A stretch of 62,462 bases of DNA, filler included, from Sphacelaria rigidula (taxonomy: Eukaryota), in NCBI GenBank assembly GCA_964200075.2. It is 8 parts of 8 records of this genome, joined end to end, with 100 filler letters (N's around TTAATTAATTAA, not from the genome) between each part and the next. Parts side by side here need not be neighbours in the genome. Positions count along the whole stretch, not along the records: positions 39,103 to 46,822 come from CAXNAA020013676.1; positions 46,923 to 54,642 come from CAXNAA020013677.1; 6 more parts are not named here. One strand, given 5' to 3'. The position numbers were made by a program, and so were the translations under genes. Of this stretch, positions 39,103 through 50,414 are shown piece after piece (the first letter of the stretch is position 1; the number at the start of each line of letters is the position of its first letter). The notes under the pieces are model-generated. The model saw only the letters and a list, made by a program, of their open reading frames with translations, made no database searches and was not told the origin of the DNA.

Positions 39103-40643
39103 TTACAGACTGGTTCACGGGAAAAAAAAAAAAAAACTGTCATCAGCAAATGCCTTCTGCAATACGCACCCAAAAGTCGCATACATGGTATCATACTGAC
39201 CGCGATGAACAGACGAAGAGGGTGACATAGCCGGATTTGTTTTCAAGGCTATAGCGGTGGCGCTATGGACTAAAATGTGTCTCGACCAATCAGCGCCTTT
39301 CAAACTGCTCCGAAATTGAAAATACGATTTCCAAGCCCAATTTCCACCGAATCCCCACATGCTTCAAATCGTAGTGCCCGTCATCACCTCAAGAATCTAA
39401 CGAGAGAAACGGATTCGAAAACGGTTCCAACGGGGTCGAATTATACTCGCAACCGTAGTGTTTCGGTGATGTGGAATTTGACGTCGTCTAATTTCCACTC
39501 ATGATACGCAGGAAAGACTCGGGGAGCCTCGTGACGATTTCCCTTACATCTGTTGTAGAAAAGTTCAGATCATCCTCAAACTTGGCAGTTCCGTAGGTAT
39601 TGATGCTCCAAATGAAAAAAGATTGTTCTTGGCAAGGGTGCAAAGGTTTTTCTGTTCTCTAACGGCTTCCGGGGGTCCCAGTACAAAGACCCCCGAAAGG
39701 CGGTACAGAATCACTCAAAAGAAAAAATAATAACATTATGCGTCCCAAGATAGTCCAAGGAACACATGTACAATTTTTGGTGGAGAAAATCGAAAATCTC
39801 GTACAATTTCTCCTTCGTTGACGTAAAATTCATCCTACAAGATGTTTTCATACTCAAACCAAGTTTTTAGGAGTTTGCACGTTTTAAGCTTACATCCTCG
39901 CACATACGCGCAGTCTTGACGCATTCATCAGGGGTTAGACCCTGAAACTTTGCACAAATGTGCTGTAAATCATCATGCAAGTTTCGATCAACGAGGTTTT
40001 TCTATTTCTCCCATTGTTTACCGTTTTTCGGGGGTGCGACGGGATCCAAGTCGTTTTTTCGAGGTCATCCATTATGGGACCCCGGAAAACCGGCACAAAA
40101 GGCTTTTTTTTCATTTTTTTCGCAAACGCTCTGCCGCCGCACCCCCAAGGAAGAACTCCACAAAGTTTTGTGGCCAAAATCGATTTACTGGTGCTTGAAT
40201 TTTCATGTTCACGTCGAAAAAGGCCCTAAAACGCCATTTTCATACCAAAATTCAGTAGTTAGCCGTTTCACCGTGGCACGGCAAGGTTCATCGCACAAAC
40301 GCAAAAACCTTGACGCCGTTTTAAGGAGGTAGACCCTGAAATTGTGCACTTGTGTTGTATGGATCGTTACGCAACTTCGCAAGGACGAGGTTTTATTTCT
40401 TTTTCCTTTACCGTTTTGCGGGGGTCCGACTGGATCAAAGTTTTCCCGACTAAACTGGGACTCCGGAAAAACGGTGGAAAAAGTAAAAAAGTGAGAAAAA
40501 AAAAAATACTCGTCCTTGCAAAGTTACGTAATGACCCATGGAACACCTGTGCAAAATTTCAGAGTCTAACTCCTTAAAATGGCGTGAAGTTTTGCCGATG
40601 AGTGTATTTGGGGTTTTTTTCGTGCACCAGCCTGTATAGGTCC
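39103..40643. mobile_element. Non-autonomous TIR element, left end cut by contig edge
   Basis: TACAGACTGGTTCACG at the contig start is inverted as CGTGCACCAGCCTGTA at ~40621-40636; internal direct repeat TAGACCCTGAAA.. at ~39936 and ~40330. Confidence 0.55.
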
Positions 40644-40781
40644 TCAAGATCTTGTGTGTATGCGGGGGGCATTCAAGTGCCGTGGACCGTCCGCACGAGA
40701 AGCAGCAGCAGCAGTATCAGCAGCATATTTCTTGCCAGTAAATGTACGTGGCTGGGGGTGGGTCTGAATCAACCGGCGGCG

Positions 40782-40782
<1 letters not shown>

Positions 40783-40813
<31 letters not shown>
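40783..40813. repeat. (TGC)n microsatellite
   Basis: Read directly from the sequence. Confidence 0.9.
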
Positions 40814-40820
<7 letters not shown>

Positions 40821-41775
40821 GTAGACGGTCCGCGTTTCGACCGTGCGACAACACCCACGCACCTTGCGAGTGGTAGCCACCGTGCTGGACAGCGCTGACA
40901 CACACACAAATCGGCACCGGCTGATCTGGACCCACCCCCAGCCGCGTACATCTACTAGCAGTAAAGATGCTGCCAATTTTGCTGCTGTTGCTTCTTCTCC
41001 TTCTCGTGCTGAACGCGATTAGAACGGCGCGTGATTTCTCGTGGTCCCTCTGTAAACCAAGCTGTAACAGATTTTAAAACTAGGAAACACTGCAGAACTG
41101 CCGTGTTGTTTTGTGTTCAGGGTAGGTAGTACTCTGTTCTTCATACACCACTGAAAAATTGTCTCGTCTTGAGTGTACTACCTTGTACTCAATATAATGG
41201 CGTCATGGTTCGAGCAGTTTTCGAAAAGTTCTGCTCATTTTTTCAACAGTTCTCCTCGTTTTTGGAAAAGTGTTCCGAACAAACGAGCGTGTTTTCTGTC
41301 ACAGAAAATCTATTGCCGAATCTGGAATAGCCTGAGACAACAACCAATTTGAAAATTGGAACTGTGACAAGATATCGCACCCCAGGTGAACCTTGTCAAC
41401 CTCGGGTTTCTCAGAGCCTTCAATGATCGCGCGGTAGGCCATTGAGTCTTTAATATATTTGGTAGGCATGTATCGATGAACTAGATCTTCCAGAATTGCA
41501 GGGTATCAATTTTGGAGAAAATCCAAGTTGAACATCGAGCGTGCGGGGGTGCTATCCACCGAAACCGGAGCTAAGTCCCATGTTACACGTGCATCGGGCC
41601 AGAACCCACAAACAGTTGGGCAGTGAAAAACAGTGCGGCGTCATACGCAGCCGAATAGTGCGCACTATTACTTTTTGTGGTCCTGCACAGCACTGCTCTG
41701 TACAGTGTAGGGCACCCCGGATAGCAGCTGCTGCCGTTGTGTGCAGTTGTGGGTTTGATGTTTGTGTGAGGGGGG

Positions 41776-41812
41776 GCGTACTCATTTGTTGCTTGCCTTA
41801 GTCATTTGACCA
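41776..41812 (-). mobile_element. 37-nt 5'-truncated C-tailed retroposon with 14-bp TSD
   Basis: TTGTGTGAGGGGGG at 41762-41775 and 41813-41826 flanks GCGTACTCATTTGTTGCTTGCCTTAGTCATTTGACCA. Confidence 0.82.
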
Positions 41813-42584
41813 TTGTGTGAGGGGGGTGTTAAATAACGCCGTAAAGTTGCACCTTGAACAGTAAGGTACGGGCACTCGTGAGGTGTTCTCATACTCTCCC
41901 AGCAATCCGCAGGCTCACTCCTCAGAAGAATTTGTGGTGAGAGAGAGATTACGCTTCGCGTGTTCACGCCAGTACCTGATTCTTTGCCGTTGCCGCCATA
42001 AAAATACGATTCGCAACCTTTCACCCCGATACTGGAACGCTGGCTCCTGAACTCTTCACTTTACTGACTGCAATTTATGTTCTTCAAAAATAGACTCTGT
42101 ATATCCTCACCCCGCTTGGTATGGAAGTGAGCAGATGGCAGCGGCAACTGCTGTGTATCCAGGTGCCCCTTGGAGCAGGAAATCGCCGAAATATTCACCT
42201 GCAATCTCTGCTCCAGTGCACTGTAAGTTGACTTCGCTGGAAGGACGCCACCATAACCACCTCGCTGGCTGCTAGACTTTCACAGACTCTCAGGACGTAG
42301 GATCCGCTAGCATTGCCACTGTCTGTACGGGGGTGTTGCCTCCTTGTCAGGTACGTTTTGGAGCATGATACTTGATGATGACCCTTCCTTGTACATGGGC
42401 ACCAAATGCTGGGCTCATCTCTCAAGAGTTCGATTTGGAGGATGATACAACGTAGGCAGCGGCAACTACTGTGTGTTCAGGTGCCCCTTGGAGCAGGATG
42501 CGTTTGGTGTCCGTTTGACGAAGTTATCCCCAAAAAACCGAAATCGATAAGGGTTCTAGACTGGAAAAATCTAGCAAAAAACAT

Positions 42585-42706
42585 CGCAAGGATCCGGTCG
42601 CAAGAATCACGACGCAAAAAAATTATCGTAAGGATCCGATCGCAAGAATCACGACGCAAAAAAATATCGCAAGGATCCGATCGCAAGAATCACGACGCAA
42701 AAAAAA
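42585..42706. repeat. Tandem repeat, three copies of ~41-42 bp
   Basis: CGCAAGGATCCGATCGCAAGAATCACGACGCAAAAAAA x3 with no unique spacers. Confidence 0.9.
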
Positions 42707-43113
42707 GACTCGCTAAAAACCTCTTCGTCGAATTTTCACCCGCAGCAGAAACCAACTTCACTTTGTGAAATTGGAATCCCGCCCCCCTGCCGGAGGGGAC
42801 ATGGAGAATTCCGCTCACTTGCCAAACGCCTCGTTCATACAAACAAGGCCAAAGCGTTTGGGTGTCATTCGAGGCCACCCATAAATACGTACTTTTCACG
42901 AACAATATCGCAATTCGGGAGGATGACACACGACACGGTAGATACACGGGAGAGGTCGCGGCGAGAGCGTTTATTACGCGCAGAATTTTGTGTCAGAATC
43001 GTGGCACACGACTCAAAAACAGGACTGATCCGGGGCCGAAGTATCAAGCCCAAAAACTCTCAGCAAGTGATGCTCATGTTGCACGTTTTCACGCAGATCT
43101 CAACATTACTCAC

Positions 43114-44949
43114 CATTCTCGGAAATTTGTTCCAATTGTTCCAACACATGCGGATTTTCCGTTTTGACGATACGTCACGTCGTTCTTGCCCATGAGGCAC
43201 TTGGTTGTGCTGCATGCATTGACGGGCAACGCTCGCAAAATAGGTTGTCACCTTCATTTACAGGGTATTGAAAACAACGACGAAAAGAAGAAGGGACGAG
43301 CTGAAGGCCTTCACGGCGCACGGGAGGGAGGAGGCTGTGACGTCCCTCCAACCTCTGTTTTATTTTTGCACACCAGTATGTCATTCAACACACCCCAGTG
43401 AGTGTCAAAGGCACCGACGACCACTAACGAACGCATTCTCCCGCGGCTTCCTACAGTACAACGGCGTGCCCCGATTGGGGTTAACACGTTCCCATCCAGG
43501 CTACCTCCGTCCCACTTCGGCGGGATCTGGTCGAACAAGCTCGTGGCGAGGCCAAGCTCACCACCTCAACGAGGGAAGGTAAAAGCTAAGCCCGCGCCTT
43601 CGTGTGTGCAGCTAATCTGCCCGGCGAAGTTTTGCCCCTTTCTTGGCTTCGCTCCCGCCGCCTTCACTTCCTCGCCCTGCCGTGCCAGCCGGAAATAACG
43701 ACAATTGGGGCGGCGGTGGTGGCCTCTCTGAATCTCCCGGTACGATCCTTCGAGTTTCAGGAGCTGAATCCCCAGTACCGACCTTTGCCATTTTCAGCGG
43801 CCGGCTGACCAAACCTCCGCTAACGCTACCCCGAACGGCAGCAATGCTACTGCCACTGCTTCTGCTGCTACTACTACTACCACTACCGCCAAGCAGACCC
43901 GCCCCAATCACCCCGCCAGGATTGCTCGTGCGTGTGCCCCCGCCAGATAAGCGCTGCTGTGTCATCGACATCGTGCCAGTAGTATGACCAGTGCCTGGGC
44001 AGTGTTTCGAAGACGGCGTGGTGTATCCACAGTCATCGCGCACTAGATCGCTCTCGCTGGACACCGTTCGTCTCTTGCTGTTGGGTCTTGCGGCACACTC
44101 CCCCCTCCCGCTGCCACTGCTACGGCTGACGGCCCTAGCGGTAGCAACAGGACTTGAGAGCATCGTCGCCAAGAGATCAGCTACACCGTTCGACGTGCTT
44201 GGCTTCGTCACCACCTGTCCCCCGTCTGACGGGCTCCGACGGCCGACGGCGGGCCTCGAAGAAGCCGATACGCGCGGCGGTAATCCCGGCACCGCCCGCG
44301 CCCGACGACCACCATCACTGGCATTGATACCATTTCCATCATCGCCACCACCGCTAGTACCATCAGCGATATTCTTGATGTCACCGTTCCCTCCACCAGC
44401 TAGATTCCGGGTTGTTTTCTTGGACTGGTGAACAAACGTGCTGTTGTTGCGATAGACGGTGCCGCTTGCGGGTGGAAACACGCCGCCGCCGGGTTTTGTC
44501 AACGCACGGGCCGCCGTTGGCGCCATCGTCGTCGGCGCCGCCTGTGTTCCATGCTCGACGGTGGTGTTTTTCCGTTGCTGGAGGTTTTCATTTTTGTTCT
44601 TTCGCGGGTACTGCGGCTGGAGGGTACGAATGAGGGGTACCGCTGCCGATCTGTGTGTCGCTGTCTTCGCCAGGGCTTTTGCCTTCTCCTTGAGCAACTT
44701 ATTTTTCACCGTGATGCCATTGTTACTGCTCGTCGTTGTGGCCGCCATGATCCGTCGATGTTTGTTACCCAGACTAGAGGATACCGAAGAGGAAGGCTTC
44801 GACGACGTCTTCTGCTTGGGATAAAACTTCGAAGAAGATTTGGACACCGTCATGAATTTGGATTTGGATTTGGACTTCCCGCCCTCCGCTTCTGCCTCCA
44901 ATCGCTCCAAACGTTCCCAGTAGTCTTCCTCTTTTTTGAAAGTAGACAT
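43114..44949 (-). pseudogene. Probable disrupted multi-exon gene, unknown function
   Basis: 445-aa S/K/G-rich ORF from ATG 44949. Removing one base in the C4 run (43707-43710) gives PNCRYFRLARQGEE..AFTFPR*GGELGLATSLFDQIPP..HWGVLNDIL with an in-frame TGA at 43566-43568, a donor after 43374, and a phase-0 exon 43251-43114 (aag|...|gtgagt). Confidence 0.5.
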
Positions 44950-45127
44950 GGAAACTAGATGAGTACACGCGAAACCAACGGACGGAAAAGGAGCACACGA
45001 AGAATTCTACTTTGTAGATCCATGACAACAGCATATGATTGACGCGTTACAGTACTGCCTGAGCCGTCCGTCGGAGTGAACCGATCGTTCGGGCAACAAA
45101 TTGATCGAACTTACTTCTCCCGGGATG

Positions 45128-45430
45128 ATGGTGGTGAGACACCCATGAAGGCAGCATGTAACCCGTGGTTGTCTTTGGATCTGGCAATACCAGAAAATGA
45201 AGCAAGTCATTGTAGGCTATCATCCAAATGCAAGATAGTCAGTAGGCTTCGGGCCGGACAAACTTAGCATGATTCAGCTCACTTTTTATGCGACTCGCCA
45301 AACACACCACAGCGCTTCGCGCTTGGTGATTGAGTGCGAGCGAAAACCCGGCGTGCTCCGTCCCGGCTTTCCAGGGATGTGAAGGCAATGGCGTTGCGAC
45401 TACGGCATACAAGATCATGAGTATACGCCC
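45128..45430 (+). mobile_element. C-tailed retroposon, long uninterrupted copy
   Basis: Matches the reverse complement of 53777-54018, 55304-56106 and 56167-56570; ends GAGTATACGCCC; flanked by CCCGGGATG/CCCGGGACG (8/9). Confidence 0.8.
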
Positions 45431-45863
45431 CCCGGGACGGGTCCTCACGATAACAGATATTTGACTACTTGAAAGTTCAAAATATCGCAAGAAAGCTTCA
45501 ACCCTCAGGTTTGACTGTAAATATAATGGGATCTTCACTGCAGGAGCACTCTCACATTTGAATTCACTGAAAAAGTACCACCGATGTGGTGGTCAAAGCG
45601 ATAGTCAACCCTTCGAGCGCCCAGTGTTAAAATGTTTCGATGTATGGCCGCGGCCAGTCTCGCGTGGAAGCAGATCTACAGGAGACACTGTGATGTGACA
45701 GAAAACCACTTGCGATGGTACAATGACAACACTTGGGACGCCAGGGGATGTCATACTCCACTCAGTACAGTATTCGCGAGACAACATACGAGTATCATCC
45801 ACCGGCCATGGTCATCGCATAGTTCCTAATAGCCAAAAGGGTGCGCGCACGTGTGTGTGTGAA

Positions 45864-45977
45864 AGAGAGAGAGACGGACGACAGAGACAGAGACAGACAG
45901 AGACAGAGACAGAGACAGAGACAGACAGAGACAGACAGAGACAGACAGAGACAGAGACAGAGACAGGCAGAGACAGA
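45864..45977. repeat. (GAGACA)n/(GACA)n compound microsatellite
   Basis: Read directly from the sequence. Confidence 0.9.
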
Positions 45978-46094
45978 CCTGGAGCGTAGGTAGGGCCACG
46001 ATATGCCTCGATGAGCGAACTTGTAGTATTTTCTGTAACGTACTCTTCTCATGTTTATGCTACATTTTGTGGTCCGTGTGGACATACACCATAC

Positions 46095-46221
46095 CGTCTG
46101 CCGCTCGTGGTAACGAAATTCCTCCACCCGCTGCTCCGGGGCCTCGAGCATCGAATGCGCTCCCTGTCGTCGCAACTCCATTTCCGTTACAGTCAGACTC
46201 GTCACCGCTTGATCCCGCTGC
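46095..46221 (-). CDS. Orphan exon, coiled-coil-like
   Basis: ttctccag|...|gtatgg; QRDQAVTSLTVTEMELRRQGAHSMLEAPEQRVEEFRYHERQT. Confidence 0.4.
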
Positions 46222-46754
46222 CTGGAGAACTCGACAATAAATGTAGGCACAGAGGTCGGCAGGCACACAGAGCACGAAAGATCCAACACAAGGCGCACGT
46301 ACGCGGGGTACATCATGAGACACATACATGATACATATACGCAAAACATATGCGCAAGACACATACACGGGACACATGCGCGAGACGCATACGCGACGTG
46401 CATGCTTAAGTCACACACCAGGCATATGCACGACGCAGGCACATCAACCAAGACACGTGAGACGAACATAGAACGCGGCATATGCAACATAACCGCAGGC
46501 AGCCAAACATACCACACACACAAACCGCGTACAACACAACGGCAGAGGCTAACAGGCAAGCGGGCAGCGGTTGCCAACGCATGCACAAATGCGCGCCAAA
46601 CCTCTTAGCTCGTCAAATGCCGGCCCGACATGCGGCGCCAAATCCAAAAACCCCGGCGTGCCTCCCAAAAAGTAGGATGAGTACAGCAACAGCACTCTGC
46701 TCCACAGCAATACATTTCTTTCTTTCATCAACGATATATTTATTTATTTCATTT

Positions 46755-46822
46755 GGTCGCCCCGGTGGCTCAGTTGGTAACCTCGTGACCTTCTGATAGT
46801 TGAGGAGGGGGGTTCGATTCCC
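46755..46822 (+). mobile_element. tRNA-derived SINE head (family 1-like), cut by contig end
   Basis: GGTCGCCCCGGTGGCTCAGTTGGTAA...GGTTCGATTCCC. Confidence 0.75.
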
Positions 46823-46922
46823 NNNNNNNNNNNNNNNNNNNNNNNNNNNNNNNNNNNNNNNNNNNNTTAATTAATTAANNNNNNNNNNNNNNNNNNNNNN
46901 NNNNNNNNNNNNNNNNNNNNNN
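46823..46922. other. Artificial contig-joining linker
   Basis: Same 100-bp unit. Confidence 0.98.
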
Positions 46923-47103
46923 ATACATACATACATTCATACATACATACATACATACATACATACATACATACATACATACATACATACATACATACAT
47001 ACATTACACAATACAAACATACGTATACATGCATACATGCATATATGCAAACATACATGCATGCAGGCACACATACATACATACACACACATACACACAC
47101 ACA
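46923..47103. repeat. (CATA)n microsatellite decaying into (CA)n
   Basis: Read directly from the sequence. Confidence 0.93.
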
Positions 47104-47835
47104 CGCCGACAGATAGTTGACTGGTTATCCCGACTCTTCGCGTAACGAAAATCATCAAACATCGCACCCTGAAAGATTCCCACCTGTTTGTCCTTCCTTC
47201 ATCATCATGCCCACACCTCGCGAAAAACACTATTTTATCACGTACGCAGCATAGCATGCAATCAAGCGGTTGGGCAAGCAAGGGGTAAAGGCATGCAGAA
47301 ATGTTTTTTTTTGTGCAAACTCCACTTTTTCCTCAGCGCGCGCCCCGGACCTAATGAAAACCCTCAGCGAATTTGTACCTCCCTGTTTCCCCCAAACCTT
47401 CCGGAAAATAACGATTATGCCGACAAGCCTAAACAAATGCCACGTGAGCCTTACTCGTCGACTGTAGATACAGACATGAAGATTACGCTTGCTCGCCACC
47501 CCTCCCCTCACTCACTTTGAAAAAATCAACAAAAGAAGCAAAAATGTACCTTCGTAAACCTTTTTTTTCCCCTGATATTTTGCCCGGATGGTGGATCTAA
47601 ACGGCGGAAACAGGCATCGACCCGATATACCCATCATCATCCAGCATTCAGGAGCGATGCATTATTTTTCTCGCAAAAAAAGAACTGAAGAAAATCGTGT
47701 ATGTGTTCTCGGGAGTACCCACGACCCGCCGCGTGTCGCTTTGTTATCATAGCCCCACGCATGCATGCCGAGGAAGATAGATTTCATCCGAGGCGGCTAC
47801 TTTTAGCTGTTCATCTTGCGACACAAATGTCATAC

Positions 47836-47942
47836 CTTCACCAGTGCCACAGCTGAGAACACGGTCACCAGCGCTAAGATATGCGTTTCTACAGTCGGGA
47901 AACAGTCTTCCTCCTGGAAATATACGCGCAACCATGTAGGCG
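47836..47942 (-). CDS. Possible orphan exon
   Basis: cgtag|...AAG|gtatga; PTWLRVYFQEEDCFPTVETHILALVTVFSAVALVK. Confidence 0.3.
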
Positions 47943-49866
47943 CTACGTATACATACCACGAAGGTTTCGTTCACTCATAAATCAAAGATAACCTGGTACC
48001 ATCACAGCTACACCCTGCGGAGGTGCTACTACAGCTAGGAGAAAAAAACAGCCCCTTCCTTGTGTAATGCCTTTTCTTCTTCACTGCAAAGGAGGGATAC
48101 GTCAATGCACTCTTAATAGGATCGCGCTGCAACTACTCCATTATTTGTTGACCACATTTCCTACTCTCGGGCCTGTCATAGAAGCGTCACGCAATGTCTA
48201 CATATATACCAACGCAGAGGGTGGACTGAACCGTACGTCGTCGTTTGTCCCGAGCGTCCCGGAAAGGCCCCTTCTGTGATCAGTCATATCAATAGGACAA
48301 GGATGGCAGGTGTTGTCTGTGAAGACAGCAATGAATATCGTGAAAAAATCATACAGCACACAACACCCGTATATTTATATACCGAACGTTCACAGGAAAC
48401 CGGACGCATCACGCCTTCCCGTTATCCCCGTTGATCCAATCACCGCCCTACGCGGAGCGATTGGTCGGCTGCAATCACCCTGTCTCGCCATCAACATTGA
48501 GTGTCGACAGTACCACCTGCATTGCTTCGTGAAAAGTTGTTGATAATAATCGCTGTACTTTCTTTTCTGAGCGAGGGGCAAAGTGGGTCCCGCTACATCC
48601 ACCACTGCAGCGCAAGACCCCCCACGCACAAAAACACGCTCTCTGAAACCAGAGCGGATAAGAAAAGAAACTACATTTCCCCCCCGCTCTATCCCAGTAG
48701 TTGGAAATCGAGTGTGTATATCCGCTCCGCCTGCTTAAATGAAGCACGACCAACACATGTCACCTGTTCCGACGATAGAACAATAGAGCTACAATGAAAG
48801 AACAAATGCTACTTCGAGAGCGGAGCGGGAAAACAATGGCTTTCGCTACGAACGCTACTTCTTAAGCAGAACGGGGGAAACCGAGGACTACGCTACGGTA
48901 CAAGAGAATAATCCACCTCGAAAACTTCTTACTCTGTAACTGCGAACTGTACAGAACGGCATTTCCCCCCGCCCTCCTGCAACGCTACGAAATCGATAGC
49001 GTGGGTACACAGTAGTCCCACCTGCTCCAACAATACAACACCAGAAGAGCAGAAAAACAGTGAATTTCAAGAGCAAAATGAGAAAGCGCTTGTTCCGCTA
49101 CCAACAGAGGAAACCCACCAACAAGCCTCCGCACTCTATAAGTGCGAACTTGAAATAACTACATTACCCCCCTTTATCCTTGCAGTACTGCGACAACGAT
49201 TGTGTGGTACACCGTAAAACACGCCAACGCACACACACACGAACGTTTTTTCCCAACCAAATCGGAGAAAAAGTGGGCTCCGTTCTGCAGCAGAAGAAAC
49301 CCACACACAAAAATTGCACACTCTTATGAGCATGAACTTTTAAAAACTACATTTCCCCCCGCCCTCTAGCAGTACTGCGAAATCGAGTGTTTGATGAAAC
49401 GTACGGGACTTCCACTCGCTTTAAAATCAAGAGCTTGTCAAACAAACACACACGACACACACGTTATTTCCAAAGCGGAAAATAAGTAGATTTTTCCTGC
49501 GACAACGACAGCGAGCAAAAATCCCACACCCGAAAACCCGAACAATGTGCACCCTTGACGACGCAAAATAAAAGGGAAAAAAGAAGCTTTTTGTCCGCCC
49601 CCGTTTCCTCTCTTTTGGATAGCACATCCGTATCATGCATCCCACGTTGAAAAACCAGTGCTGCTCTTTCCGTTCCCGCTGTCGAAGTAGCGACCTCCAT
49701 GTCCTTGCTTTACTCAAGACTACAACAGCAGTACACACGACACGCCAAACACTACAATCTGCGGTACATCTTCAGAAGAACAACCTTAATGTGTTCGCGT
49801 GTTCCTCAGGTATGTGCACAGAAATTCCCAACAGCACCGGGGACACCGAGACGTTGGTTGGGCCTT

Positions 49867-50028
49867 TCATACACCGGCTGGAACCAGAGAAGGAGTAGGG
49901 ACGGCGGGTTGAACATCCGAGGACGACGTGTGCTCGTGTTCAATCGCCGATGTTGACTTGCGTCTGGAGGTCAGCAGCACCTTCAAGCCGTCCTTGGGCA
50001 TATTGAGTGGAAGAACTCCATTCGTGTT
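49867..50028 (-). CDS. Cytochrome P450, terminal exon
   Basis: cccaatgcag|AAC in phase 0, compatible with the heme exon; NTNGVLPLNMPKDGLKVLL is a typical P450 C-terminal PKxGL strand; stop TGA at 49867. Confidence 0.8.
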   Translation of the reverse strand, partial: NTNGVLPLNMPKDGLKVLLTSRRKSTSAIEHEHTSSSDVQPAVPTPSLVPAGV

Positions 50029-50224
50029 CTGCATTGGGCGTGTGTACGGGTTGGGACGGGAACGACCACGATGAATCAATTGATGGACTGGTTGGTTGGT
50101 TGGTTGGTTGAGCTGAGGGTGTGATGGATCCGTGGATTGGTCAACTCTTGCTCGACTCTGATGGATTAAAAAAACTGGAGTGAAATCCATGATTGACCTA
50201 TCGATTAATAGGTTGGTTGACTCA

Positions 50225-50414
50225 GGCCGTGTCTTCGCACATCATTATTCGACCGAGAAAAGTGCGGTGGAAAACAAACATTCCGATCTCATAGGTCGTG
50301 ATTTCAACCATCTTCAAAATTTACGATCATGGTTGAAATAGCGACCTATCAGATCGGGATTTTTGTTTTCCATCGGCCAATTTCGATCGAAAACTAGTGT
50401 GCTAAGACACGCCC
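50225..50414. mobile_element. Palindromic MITE in P450 intron
   Basis: GGCCGTGTCTTCGCACA..ATAGGTCGTGATTTCAACCAT pairs with ATGGTTGAAATAGCGACCTAT..TGTGCTAAGACACGCCC. Confidence 0.78.

Noticed and set aside
42585..42706. CRISPR-like array
   Set aside because: Units are head-to-tail with no unique spacers, there are no cas genes, and the context is eukaryotic.
43566..43568. Selenocysteine TGA
   Set aside because: Reaching it already needs a frameshift, there is no redox-motif context and no SECIS was identified; pseudogene decay is simpler.
45225..45245. Group I intron S element (AAGATAGTC)
   Set aside because: Incomplete match with no P, Q or R elements; it lies inside the retroposon.
45795..46586. 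263-aa ORF and similar Cys/Val/Met-rich ORFs (46937-47281, 52384-52707)
   Set aside because: These are translations of microsatellite or CA-rich DNA; only a 127-bp internal exon candidate was kept.
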